DNA of 64,000 bases, taken from assembly GCF_964355755.1 (NCBI RefSeq), contig NC_092678.1:16422-80421 (forward strand), given 5' to 3'. The number at the start of each line of letters is the position of its first letter. The first letter of the stretch is position 1. Source of the stretch: Antedon mediterranea (Eukaryota > Animalia > Echinodermata). Below the pieces are notes generated by a model that saw only the letters and a program-made list of their open reading frames with translations, had not been told where the DNA came from and ran no database searches. Shown piece after piece: positions 44,801-57,500 of the stretch. The translations under genes were made by a program, and so were the position numbers.

Positions 44801-47685
44801 CTGGACTTCAGCACTGTTTGATGGGGATTTAGAAATTGGCATACGTTACGTTTTTCCCTTTGGAATTCCTGATGGCTTTGATGATCGTTTAATGTGTGTT
44901 TGTTGTCAGATGTGCTATAGAGGACGCTACAAGCACCACTGGAAACATGGGTTACTTGCTAAAATTGATCAGGTAAAATGGTTACAAAAACTAGCCATCA
45001 TGTGAATGTTACTAAGAAACTTGATTGAAACAATTAATTTTACTGGTACTGTAATGATGACGCAACCATTCAATCAGTAACCAAGTACCAGTATCAGTTT
45101 TAAATTCGATACTTGTTTCTGTAAATGATATTCTATTGGTTACCATGCATTTGGTTTGCATGCCAATACAATTTCAATCATGGTCTAAGTAACTCTCTTC
45201 CAATCTTCCTGTGAGGAAATTAATTATTCTGCTCTTTCAACATATTCCATGATCTAAATAACTTAAATATCTTCAAGTGCTGTGTGGCGAGGATAGGCCA
45301 TATTAACGGTATGTAACCAACTATTTTACTCTTTAACAAGGCCATGACTGCAATCGCGTGCTCAAGTTAGTTAGTGTTTACCGACCAACCAACAGACCGA
45401 CTGACCAACCGACATAGTGAGCTGTGGAGTCGCGTTGCACGCGCCTAAACACATAATGGGGGCGAACGTCTATTTCAAAATGATTTGATATTCCAAATTA
45501 GTGTGTTGATACGTACTGCTATTATAATTTAATTTCAAAACTTTTCATTTGAATTTAATTCATAATTTAAATCCTTATGGAACTATAGGCCTACTCTGAA
45601 AGATACGAACTCCGCCTCAAGACTCCGTCCTCAATTTGAATCATCCCAACCTATAGTCTAAAAGTAATAATGAATTCAGATTTGAGTAACACAAATTAAA
45701 TATATTGTAGCGTGGTTTTTAGCCTACAGCAATCGAGTTATCGATCATAATTGTTGTGAGATTGCTATCTCTGCAGCATACTAATCCATCTCGTGGACAC
45801 AACTCAACAATCTACTTTGATTAATCCAAGCATGAATTGATAATAAACATGACAGTAGATTAACTTTGGTTTATGAGTAGTGCTTGTGTTTTACAGGTTT
45901 TAATTCACCTGTCATCTCAGAGGCAGCAAGACTCTGATGAACACATAATAGTTTTTACAGGAAGAATAACTGTTGACGAAGAAGAAGGGGAACGTAAGGC
46001 TACCAAAGTATTGTGGACACAACTTGCAATTGTTCTTCATGAAACGGAAATATATATATCTCAGTGGCCAGGTTTACTGAGAAAGGTAAAGCTAGATGTT
46101 GTACACGTTTTGATAGTATGGATTTGTTTGCTTTATACAATGTGAGTGATCGTGATTAGATTAGAAACCGATTACTAAAGCACACAAAATGAAGTAATGT
46201 TCAAGTACATTCATTTACTGCAGGTGTTTATACAACCTGGTCCATGGTACTTTGAAGGTGAAGCCCCCACTCAACCTGTACATATACCTCTCATCGATTG
46301 CTTTCATTTTTTGGATAAGGGGGAAGATTCATTGGAAATATCAATAGACGAACAGTTGTTTCACGTAGACTTGCATGAACTACTGCCTCGAACAGGTAAT
46401 TTGTTTTTATTGCATAAATATGTTGTTTAACAGGGAAATTAATCTACTCCAAAACAATTAATATTAATATGTTGTTTAACAGGTAAATTAATCTACTCCA
46501 AAACAATTATTCATTATATAGTTTGAATTTATTGTAGGTCTAAATGTTGCGATATAAAAACATAATCGTGAAAACAAATTGAGTATAAAAGACAAACTAA
46601 TTGACAGGAGACAGCACCAATCAATGGCCTATTAATTAACTACGTCACTAAAATATCTGTGTTTGCCTACCTTTTAACAACATTATTTCCACATAAGTAC
46701 GTTCTTCTTGTTGACCTTTACCATGCAATAATATTGATTTCAACTTGATTTTTATTACCTTGATGGAACAAAATCCAAAGTATCAACACTTTTACTGATG
46801 ATGCGACTGCAATTGAATGACATCATTCGACTGCTGCTGTAAAATATATTTATGATAAGGTTTATACAATTGTTCTTGAAAAAATATCTGGTTTCAAACA
46901 AATCAATTAGATAATTTACGACTAAACAACTTACTAAACTTTGAGAAAATATCAAGACAAAAAACAAAATTTTTCACTAAAATTAGGTAAAGTTTAAACT
47001 TGATAATAATGTTGTATTACAAAATAATTCACAGATGATAACAAGTTGAATATTGTAGAATGGTTTGATTGGCTTTCTTCACTTGAAAGTGAATACACAC
47101 AAGATAGCAATACGCCGATAGAAACGTTTGATGTTGTTGGTGCTGGTCCCTTAGTCGTCACCACCAAGATGGAACAACCCACAAAAAATAAAGGGACAGT
47201 TAAATGGGATCTGCAAGGCGATAACACCAATGGCCAATTAAAAGAGCTGAGTAACGTAGAGTTTCAAACGGTAATTATTATTTCAATTTCATTTTCATTT
47301 ATTTTTTTCAAAATAAGATTAAATAAATTATTATAATTTACACTATAAGCCCGTTATTAATATATCGTAAAAACATAACATGATCCATATACGCTATTGA
47401 AACAAGTGTAGGCTTATGGCAATCAATTTAATGTTTAATTGATGGAATAAATCTTTAATATAAATTGTGTTTTTTAACCAAATGCAGGCCGTGGCTAAAT
47501 TTGTAGCAAATATCATTACACAGTCTTTTTCAAAACTGGCATTAGAAATGGAACAAACTAAACAAGGATCAACTCGTATTGAGGAGAAGTCTGTCTCAGT
47601 TTTGGAGAAAACATTGAATAGAAAGTCACACAGTCGACGGCTATCGAAGTCGTCAACAAAAAGCAAAACATGTGAAATACTTTGA
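41891..47685 (+). CDS. ROCO-family protein consisting of Roc GTPase-like and COR domains (MFHAS1/LRRK-related), ~14 exons, ~790 aa
   Basis: Exons ~41891-42074, 42571-42591 (uncertain), 42749-42828, 43005-43127, 43224-43375, 43479-43602, 43744-43980, 44068-44343, 44435-44629, 44793-44972, 45897-46085, 46224-46395, 47035-47270, 47488-47685, with consistent phases. P-loop MKVIFVGKDGSGKSS; G4 APGVPVTIVGTHSD; G5 region SITTGKGFDELRRVI; COR-like LEILREMGVVSYL, IIEYLITLGIL and RYVFPFGIPDGFDDRLM...HWKHGLL. Family assignment is from recalled motifs, not a search. Confidence 0.75.
45334..45450 (-). mobile_element. Short DINE-1/HINE-like element remnant
   Basis: AACAAG start, an ACCG/ACCA microsatellite, and a terminal hairpin TCGCGT-TGC-ACGCG. 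Confidence 0.4.
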
Positions 47686-49559
47686 TTGAATGTACTAGCT
47701 ACAATTGTTAACGAACCACCTGTTTATTATTGGTATCCAATGCGAACACCTGTTTATTATTGGTATCCAAGGCGAACAAATACGTTGTTCTCCGTGATAC
47801 ACTGTAGAGCTAAATAAGGCTATACAGTTTACTGTTTTTTACATAAGGTAAAAACTACGCATATTAGCATGATTATTGAGAAATCAATTTAAAAATCTAT
47901 ATTTCTTAGGAACACTTACATTTATGTCGACGTTTGTGCTCATGTGTACTTTAAAACGTATTGGCTCGATATCACGCACTCCAGTGCGATTTGTATAGTG
48001 GGCCTAGATATTTTAACAGTTACGTTTCTTTATTTGTAGGCCTATATACTTCGTACTGCATGAACGGGTAAACAAACGCAAAATAAGAAATAGCATTAGT
48101 ATAAGGTTTATCTGGAGGGTGTAGTATTCATATAATTATATGTACTAGATGGTACGCTCGCGTACCATGCCCACAGATGGTTCTCGAATACATAATAGGC
48201 GTAATTTCAGCGTTAAAAAACTGGCGATTTCAAATGTACGTACCGCAGGACAATAATACATGTCGTTTACAGAAACGAATAAATAGACACTGTGATTTAT
48301 GTACTAAACTAAAATTAGCACCCTGGGAATTACTTCCGAAAAAGAAACTTGTCACAAAATGAGACCAATTGTTTAAGTCAAATTTAAACAAACTTAATTT
48401 GTGTTTTATATGTAACATTAGGGTTGAGGGATGGGGAAGAGGATGGGTGCAAAGAGGAACAATTTTTAAATATATTCTTTATCCATTTAGTAACGGAATA
48501 TTAATTGTTTTCATGTTTTACAACTAATATACCACAAACACAGTAAAACATTGCGATGTAATACTTGTTGAAACTATCACCGTCCTAGTCGATTGAAAAG
48601 TACAGTACATGTAACGATACATCACTACGACGTGTATATGTTTATATAATGTAAAACAATTTGTGAAAACCACCTCTATTCGGGGCAAATCATAAATTCG
48701 ATTTAATCGTCAATATATATTAAATTATCTAACTCAACTTAATTAGTAGGCCTAATGGTTTTCAATTCTTTCTTAGAGCCAATTCATACTTAAGTTGGTT
48801 CCTACCCTACCCACCAAAGTTGTTCTGCGTTTAGGGCATGTGATGCACTGTAAGCCTATCCTCTACTGGATTTACAACGCTACTCATGCCAGTGAGGGAA
48901 GAGTGATGATGTGGATGGTTTAACTGCAATAATAAATATTTGTACATAAATATACGGCGACTGAAAACGCTAGCTCATTATCCGTTTAAAAAAAAATTTA
49001 TATCCAACATCTGCAGCACAGATTGAAAAAAAAAATGGATCGAATTTCTGTTATGAGTATACAGTACTTGCCTTTACGACGCCTGAGGGAATAGACACTT
49101 GTGGAACAGAGATTGGAATGTTCCATTTATCGCAAATCAATACATTTGTAAAAACGTATATTAAATCTATCAAAATAGCATTTTTTAAATAAAATCGGCC
49201 TGTCTTCAACATTATGATGCTGTACTCGAACTGTTCAACCGGTTTTCAGCTATTAAAAACAATTATCGTAGGAGGAGATAGGAAAATGCGAAGTGTCCTC
49301 GTATTATTGTGTGCGGGTATTTTTCAAATTAGACATCCATTAGACAGTGTATACCACGATCGGAAAACACCCCTATTTGGGGCAAATCGTTGAACCTAAA
49401 TTCGTTTTAATCGTCAATAACTAATTATAGAATTCAATTTAATTAGTAAACAGGGTTACATCAGGTGGTTAAAATCAGTACCTAAAGTACGAACCAACTT
49501 TACATACCATCGAGTAAACATTCTAGAAATAACGCGCGATTTACCGAATTTTGCCCTTA

Positions 49560-49720
49560 AGCCTTGTCTACACTATCAAACTTTATGTATCAAAAAAGTG
49601 TGATGTGCCCATATATGGACATGATGATGTCACATCACTACCATATTTAAGCATAGCACTACCATATATGGGCACATCAAAATTTTTTGACACATAAAGT
49701 TTGATCGTGTAGACAAGGCT
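49560..49720. mobile_element. 161-bp fold-back MITE, PIF/Harbinger-like
   Basis: Long TIRs AGCCTTGTCTACACTATCAAACTTTATGT / ACATAAAGTTTGATCGTGTAGACAAGGCT. TTA target duplication at 49557-59 and 49721-23. Confidence 0.85.
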
Positions 49721-50173
49721 TTACGTAAATTTATATATAGATATAACATACATAAGTGTAAAGGGCGCTCAGGCGTGCACACTATTTTTGTTGTAAGCTA
49801 CAATGTAAGATTAGTATCACTGTAACAAATATGTAAGGATAATATTAAATTATTTACTATCAGCTAATATTAAGTATAGGTTAATGTCTGATATATAGTG
49901 TACGTGCATATTTACTTGCTTGTTGCATACATTGGACTTTACAACTCAATTGCACTCAGCAGCAGGTGTGAGTCATTCATTGTAATATTATAATTTTATA
50001 ATAGTTGCTATAATTACAGCGAAACATAAGCCTATTATGTAAATCTTACTATGTAAATCTTACGACTACAGTCTAGATGTATTTCAGCGTCAACGTAAAA
50101 TGAATTTTACATATAAAATATAAAGATATAAACTATAATCATATAGTACCTTTTATTCAGCTAAATACTACAT

Positions 50174-50572
50174 TTGTAACGCTTTGAAACCCATCAACAT
50201 ATCGCTGTTTCAGCCTGATCACGTTGAGTATAACAACATATATTGTAACGCTTTGAAACCCATCAACATATCGCTGTTGTAGCCTGATCACGTTGAGTAT
50301 AACAACATAACGCTTTCGAACCCATCAACATATCGCTGTTTTAGCCTGATCACGTTGAGTATAACAACATATATTGTAACGCTTTGAAACCCATCAACAT
50401 ATCGCTGTTTTAGCCTGATCACGTTGAGTATAACAACATAACGCTTTGAAACCCATCAACATATCGCTGTTGTAGCCTGATCACGTTGAGTATAACAACA
50501 TAACGCTTTCGAACCCATCAACATATCGCTGTTTTAGCCTGATCACGTTGAGTATAACAACATATATTGTAA
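50174..50572. repeat. 62-69-bp minisatellite, 6 copies
   Basis: Unit TAACGCTTTGAAACCCATCAACATATCGCTGTTTTAGCCTGATCACGTTGAGTATAACAACA(TATATTG). Confidence 0.94.
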
Positions 50573-51116
50573 TTTCAGTCTTCTCTTTATAATATATTTA
50601 CTGAATCGCGAGTACCCAAATAACCAGTTCTTATCTTACTCGTTTTCAAAATTATTGAATAATAAAAATTATTGATTTCACATATACAATTAAAATACAG
50701 TACAGTTTATGTCAACGTTAACTAAAGATTCTAGAATACATTTTTTAAAGTTTACAGGTGGGTCATTTGAATAAACATTAATTTGTAATACTGTATGTAA
50801 TTGAATATTGTTTAAGGGTAGTAGACCTTAAGATATTAAGTTGGTATACATTTTGCTGGAAGCCCATGACAAGATACACAATCAAGTCACTATTAAATGA
50901 ACTTAAAATTATTTATATTTGTTGACTGAGAAGCATAGTTTGGGTGTATTACACATTCTACAAATAACAATAATCTTAGTAACAATTTTATACTAAACAC
51001 ATATCTACCGTAAATAAGTACTGATCTACATTCCATCTATAATAAACACATATCTACCGTAAATAAGTACTGATCTACATTCCATCTATAATAAATTCTA
51101 TTTAATAATAATACAA

Positions 51117-51385
51117 TTTTAAAACATCTTCATGCTGTATATATCTAACATAGGCCTATTATAATAAAACAGTTTTAAAACATCTTCATGCTGTATATAT
51201 CTAACATAGGCCTATTATAATAAAACAGTTTTAAAACATCTTCATGCTGTATATATCTAACATAGGCCTATTATAATAAAACAGTTTTAAAACATCTTCA
51301 TGCTGTATATATCTAACATAGGCCTATTATAATAAAACAGTTTTAAAACATCTTCATGCTGTATATATCTAACATAGGCCTATTA
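51117..51385. repeat. 56-bp minisatellite, ~5 copies, just 3' of the EEA1 stop codon
   Basis: Unit TTTTAAAACATCTTCATGCTGTATATATCTAACATAGGCCTATTATAATAAAACAG. Confidence 0.93.
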
Positions 51386-51591
51386 GTATTTTATATACAA
51401 TACAGAATATCAAATAATATAATAGTGTAAATAATTTGAGTTCACTTAATAGATAGATATAGATATTATGTCATAACAAAAGAAGATAATCAACAAAGGA
51501 TATATCATTATTACCAATCAAATAAATTCATGTCTATCGAAAAATATATCAATTAGTAGTACTGAACAAAAAAAGAAAGACCAGAATGAAA

Positions 51592-54500
51592 TCATTTCTT
51601 TGTTTCATCATAGCAAGTTCCACAAACACGAACAGGTTTCTTAGAAGACGCTAAAACTGTGGTCTTGTTGGAACACTCGTTACAGAAGATACCTCCACAA
51701 TTGCGACAATGATGCTGGAAGACATAAACAATGCAGATACTAAATATAATACATGGTATACTATTAGATATATAATACATGTAATCATTTCTATGGTAGT
51801 AATAGGCAATTTGATACCCATGTAAAATGGCCGCAATGAACTAAATACTGTAAACTATTTAAGGAGAGCCAACAAAATTATTTTGTATTCGTTGAAGAGA
51901 AAATGATTGACTACTTGGTACTGTATGGTCAATCATGGAAATCGTCATACACACATGTACTTCAGACTTACTTTTCTAACTGTAACTGAGAATCCTTTGT
52001 TACAATCCATACAGTTTGTTGCTTCTTCATCACTTGTCCATTTTCTCCCCATTTTCTGAGTACTTATAATTTGTAAGTTCTGATTTTCTCTACCAAGTTC
52101 ATGCATGGCTGCAGTTGCATCATCCAGTTTCCGTCGCATCTCCAACTGTTTCGCCTGAAGACGTTCAACATCAGATTCACTTTTCAGACATCTACATGTT
52201 ACACAAAATTATATTATTAAATCTATTTGTAGTATAAACAAACTGAAAACAACATTCATTAAAAAAAAAGAAAATGTTAAATAGACAATGATTACCTTTC
52301 TAATAAAGCTCTCCTTTCATCTTGGTTATTTTGTATCGTAGCTTCTTGAACTGTATAGTATAAGAATGATTATAAAGAAATAAAGAATCACTGTGTTAAT
52401 ATCATTGTGTTATCTCAGTATAAGCAGTATAAGAATGATTATAAAGAAATAAAGAATCACTGTGTTAATATCATTGTGTTATCTCAGTATAAGCAGTATA
52501 AGAATGATTATAAAGAAATAAAGAATCACTGTGTTAATATCATTGTGTTATCTCAGTATAAGCAGTATAAGAATGATTATAAAGAAATAAAGAATCACTG
52601 TGTTAATATCATTGTGTTATCTCAGTACAGTATAAGCAGTATAAGAATGATTATAAAGAAATAAAGAATCACTGTGTTAATATCATTGTGTTATCTCAGT
52701 ATAAGCAGTATAAGAATGACTATAAAGAAATAAAGAATCACTGTGTTAATATCATTGTGTTATCTCAGTATAAGCAGTATAAGAATGATTATAAAGAAAT
52801 AAAGAATCACTGTGTTAATATCATTGTGTTATCTCAGTATAAGAATGATTATAAAGAAATAAAGAATCACTGTGTTAATATCATTGTGTTATCTCAGTAC
52901 AGTATAAGCAGTATAAGAATGATTATAAAGAAATAAAGAATCACTGTGTTAATATCATTGTGTTATCTCAGTATAAGCAGTATAAGAATGACTATAAAGA
53001 AATAAAGAATCACTGTGTTAATATCATTGTGTTATCTCAGTATAAGAATGATTATAAAGAAATAAAGAATCACTGTGTTAATATCATTGTGTTATCTCAG
53101 TATAAGCAGTATAAGAATGATTATAAAGAAATAAAGAATCACTGTGTTAAAGGGGGGTTCCGGGTTTAAAATGAATAGTAAAAAATATAAAATATATTTG
53201 TTTGTCTCTTGAACGGTGAAAGTTTCAATTTATATAAGCGCCCAGTGAAGCAGAACGAAGGCTGTGAAATGAGGCCAGATTACAAGTGCAGCTACGGCGA
53301 TATGACACTGTGTTACAGAATAGGAAATTCGTGAAATGGTCAATCTTCCGACGACTCGTTATCATTAACCATATCAATTACTTTTGTAAAATTATACTTA
53401 TCTGATGTAATTTTAGTCGGTCTTCCCATTTATAAAGTCAATTTTCTATGAAAATTCATCAAAACAGTGAAAAATTAGATATGTTTGCACTTTACGTTTG
53501 CCGATTTTCGCACTGACTTAGGGAAAGCCTTCAAAATCAATGAAGCGTAACGTATACATTCCAGAGAGCGAGGAGAGCGAGACGACGATACACGTGCTCT
53601 CTCTGCCCATGCCTGGCATCGTCACGTGATAAGCAGATACAGTATACAATACCAAACTGGTCGGGTCGAGTATACCCAGTCTATAATCACAACATGAACG
53701 ATGTACAGTATTTGATTGAAGGTCGACTCGACCTACCGGAATGGTATAGAAAATATAGCTCGAATGAGAGAGGAATATTTGTAAACATAAGTATTGCTAA
53801 TTTTAACAAGTGTAGCCTATAGTAAAAGGCCTGGTAGTATCAATTCGCATAGGGTCTACTACACTAGCTAGCTCAATTTTTAACTGGGCCGGATCGGCTA
53901 GGTCTCCTTCCTACTACCTGGTCTACTTGCTTGATGCAATATCCGCTTTTTTGGAGAGTAAACTAGGCCTATTTTAGGACCTTGTTTTGCCTCAATATTT
54001 ACAGCCGATTTTGTAGAATGTTTTAGGTTTAGATTGTTTAGGAGTTTGGTTGATAGGATGGGTTTGGAATTCACAGAGTTTTTGTTATTTATGGGCCAAT
54101 CGTTTAGTAGTAGGCTAGCTAGGCCCATGATGGGCCCCAATGTTTTACCGTAGCCATCGTGGCATGGAATCCCTAGTCAGAATGGCTCTCACCCATGAAA
54201 AAAAATTATTTAGGCTAGGCCTAACCTAGTACGTGAAGCCGATAATACGATCTGTCTGTACTATTCGAGGTATAAAAATAGTATATAATTTATGACTCCG
54301 TAATCTGTACTAAATTTTGTATTTCATTAAATGTCAAATAAATATATGCTACTACTGTTATTATTACACTTTAGGCCTAGCTTAGAAAATCTACAAAAAA
54401 TGTATTTCACAATGATTGGGTGGTCGTCGTTTGACAGAGGAGAGAGATGAAAATTAGTTGACAAACACAACGTACATGACGTTGCGAGTTTGGAATCCAC

Positions 54501-57500
54501 TGATGACGTGATTTTGTGAATATCTCATGAATATTAATGAGCTTCCCTAAGCTGCTGAAAAACAGACTTTCCATGAATTTACTCTAAAATGTAAACGAAA
54601 TTTAATTTTTTTAATTTCTCGTTATTACTTCTTCATTCTGACATGTCTATATTGTTATAATTTTTTTACTTAATAAATAAACGATATTTAAAAGCAATTT
54701 TAAACCCAGAATCCCCCTTTAATATCATTGTGTTATCTCATTATAAATCTAAGAACTGTTTTTTTTACCTGCCATTTCGCCACGTAAATCATCATTATTC
54801 TTTTCATGTTCTTTGATGCTGATTTCTGCTTGCATTAGATCTCGTCGTAATGTTCCTAGGTTCTCATTTAGAGCTGTGATCTGAAGCTCTAGACGTTCTG
54901 CTATTTCTTCCTTTTCACACTGCAACTCTGTTCTCAATTTGGATTCAGCAGCCTTGATACAAAAATGGAAATTAAAGACATTCTAAAGGATTATCTAACA
55001 GATTATTTTATTTATAATTATTTTATAATTTGTTTAACTGAACTAAGCTATCTCTTGCATATAAATCTTAATCTTACCAGTTTTGTTTGAAGTGCAGCAG
55101 ACTCATCTCTTAGCATAGCCTGTACTTTCTTGCTAACTTCTTTCGTTTCTGTGTGATCACCTTCACATTTTTCAAGATTTGTTTCCAAATTTTGTATAGA
55201 AGATTGTAGCTGTAGCTTTTGCTTTATAAGTAACTGTTTTGCCTCTTGAAGATTTGTGATTTCCTATCAAATTATAGAGGGGGTATGTCATGGTTTATAA
55301 GTAACTGTTTTGCCTCTTGAAGACTTGTGATTTCCTATCAAATTATCATCAACTAATACATTAATTATTAAAACTTTTATAAATAAACAACTATTCATAA
55401 CATTATACTTTCACAATTAAACCACATTATAGAGGGGGTATGTCATGGTTCATGTAATATATAACAGTGTATAACAATATTATTGTAATTGAATAATAGA
55501 TTGAAAACCATCAAGCTACAGAGATAAAACATGAATAGCATTGAATGTGAGTAATCAACAATATTATTGTAATTGAATAATAGATTGAAAACCATCAAGC
55601 TACAGAAATAAAACATGAATATTATTGAATGTGAGTAATCAACAATATTATTGTAATTGAATAATAGATTGAAAACCATCAAGCTACAGAAATAAAACAT
55701 GAATATTATTGAATGTGAGTATATAGCATTGATAATGCATTACAATTTACATGACAAAAAACATACACTGGTTTGTTGCTGTCTGTCTTCTTCAGCTAAC
55801 GTCTTAGTTTGACTAAGTTCTTGTTCTACGCTGGCTTTAATATTCTTAAGGTCAGTTGTTATTGACCTTTCCTCATTCAGCTGCTTCTCAAAAGATAACT
55901 AAATAAAAAAAAATAGTAATTATTCAAATCATAGTATTATAGGTTAGAATAGTAAATGTATGGTATAAATCATATACTAGTATTATAGGTTTGAATAGTA
56001 AATGTATGGTATAAATCATATACTAGTATTATAGGTTTGAATAGTAAATGTATGGTATAAATCATATACTAGTATTACAGGTTTGAATAGTAAATGTATG
56101 GTATAAATCATATACTAGTATTATAGGTTTGAATAGTAAATGTATGGTATAAATCATATACTAGTATTATAGGTTTGAATAGTAAATGTATGGTATAAAT
56201 CATATACTAGTATTACAGGTTAGAATAGTAAATGTATGGTATAAATCATATACTAGTATTATAGGTTAGAATAGTAAATGTATGGTATAAATCATATACT
56301 AGTATTATTATAGGTTAGAATAGTAAATGTATGATATAAATCATATATTAGTATTACAGGTTAGAATAGTAAATGTATGATATAAATCATATACTAGTAT
56401 TATAGGTTTGAATAGTAAATGTATGGTATAAATCATATACTAATATTATAGGTTTGAATAGTAAATGTATGGTATAAATCATATACTAGTATTATAGGTT
56501 AGAATAGTAAATGTATGGTATAAATCATATACTAGTATTATAGGTTAGAATAGTAAATGTATGGTATAAATCATATACTAGTATTATAGGTTAGAATAGT
56601 AAATGTATGGTATAAATCATATACTAGTATTATAGGTTAGAATAGTAAATGTATGGTATAAATCATATACTAGTATTATAGGTTAGAATAGTAAATGTAT
56701 GGTATAAATCATATATTAGTATTATAGGTTTGAATAGTAAATGTATGGTATAAATCATATACTAGTATTATAGGTTTGAATAGTAAATGTATGGTATAAA
56801 TCATATATTAGTATTATAGGTTTGAATAGTAAATGTATGGTATAAATCATATACTAGTATTACAGGTTAGAATAGTAAATGTATGGTATAAATCATATAC
56901 TAGTATTATAGGTTTGAATAGTAAATGTATGGTATAAATCATATACTAGTATTATAGGTTAGAATAGTAAATGTATGGTATAAATCATATACTAGTATTA
57001 TAGGTTAGAATAGTAAATGTATGGTATAAATCATATATTAGTATTATAGGTTTGAATAGTAAATGTATGGTATAAATCATATACTAGTATTATAGGTTTG
57101 AATAGTAAATGTATGGTATAAATCATATATTAGTATTATAGGTTTGAATAGTAAATGTATGGTATAAATCATATACTAGTATTACAGGTTAGAATAGTAA
57201 ATGTATGGTATAAATCATATACTAGTATTATAGGTTTGAATAGTAAATGTATGGTATAAATCATATACTAGTATTATAGGTTAGAATAGTAAATGTATGG
57301 TATAAATCATATACTAGTATTATAGGTTTGAATAGTAAATGTATGGTATAAATCATATACTAGTATTATAGGTTAGAATAGTAAATGTATGGTATAAATC
57401 ATATATTAGTATTATAGGTTAGAATAGTAAATGTATGGTATAAATCATATACTAGTATTATAGGTTAGAATAGTAAATGTATGGTATAAATCATATACTA

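Noticed and set aside
48660-49450. Two similar ~85-bp segments (~48665 and ~49363) in the Roc-COR/EEA1 intergenic region
   Set aside because: An old diverged duplication or repeat fragment with no recognisable structure or ORF.
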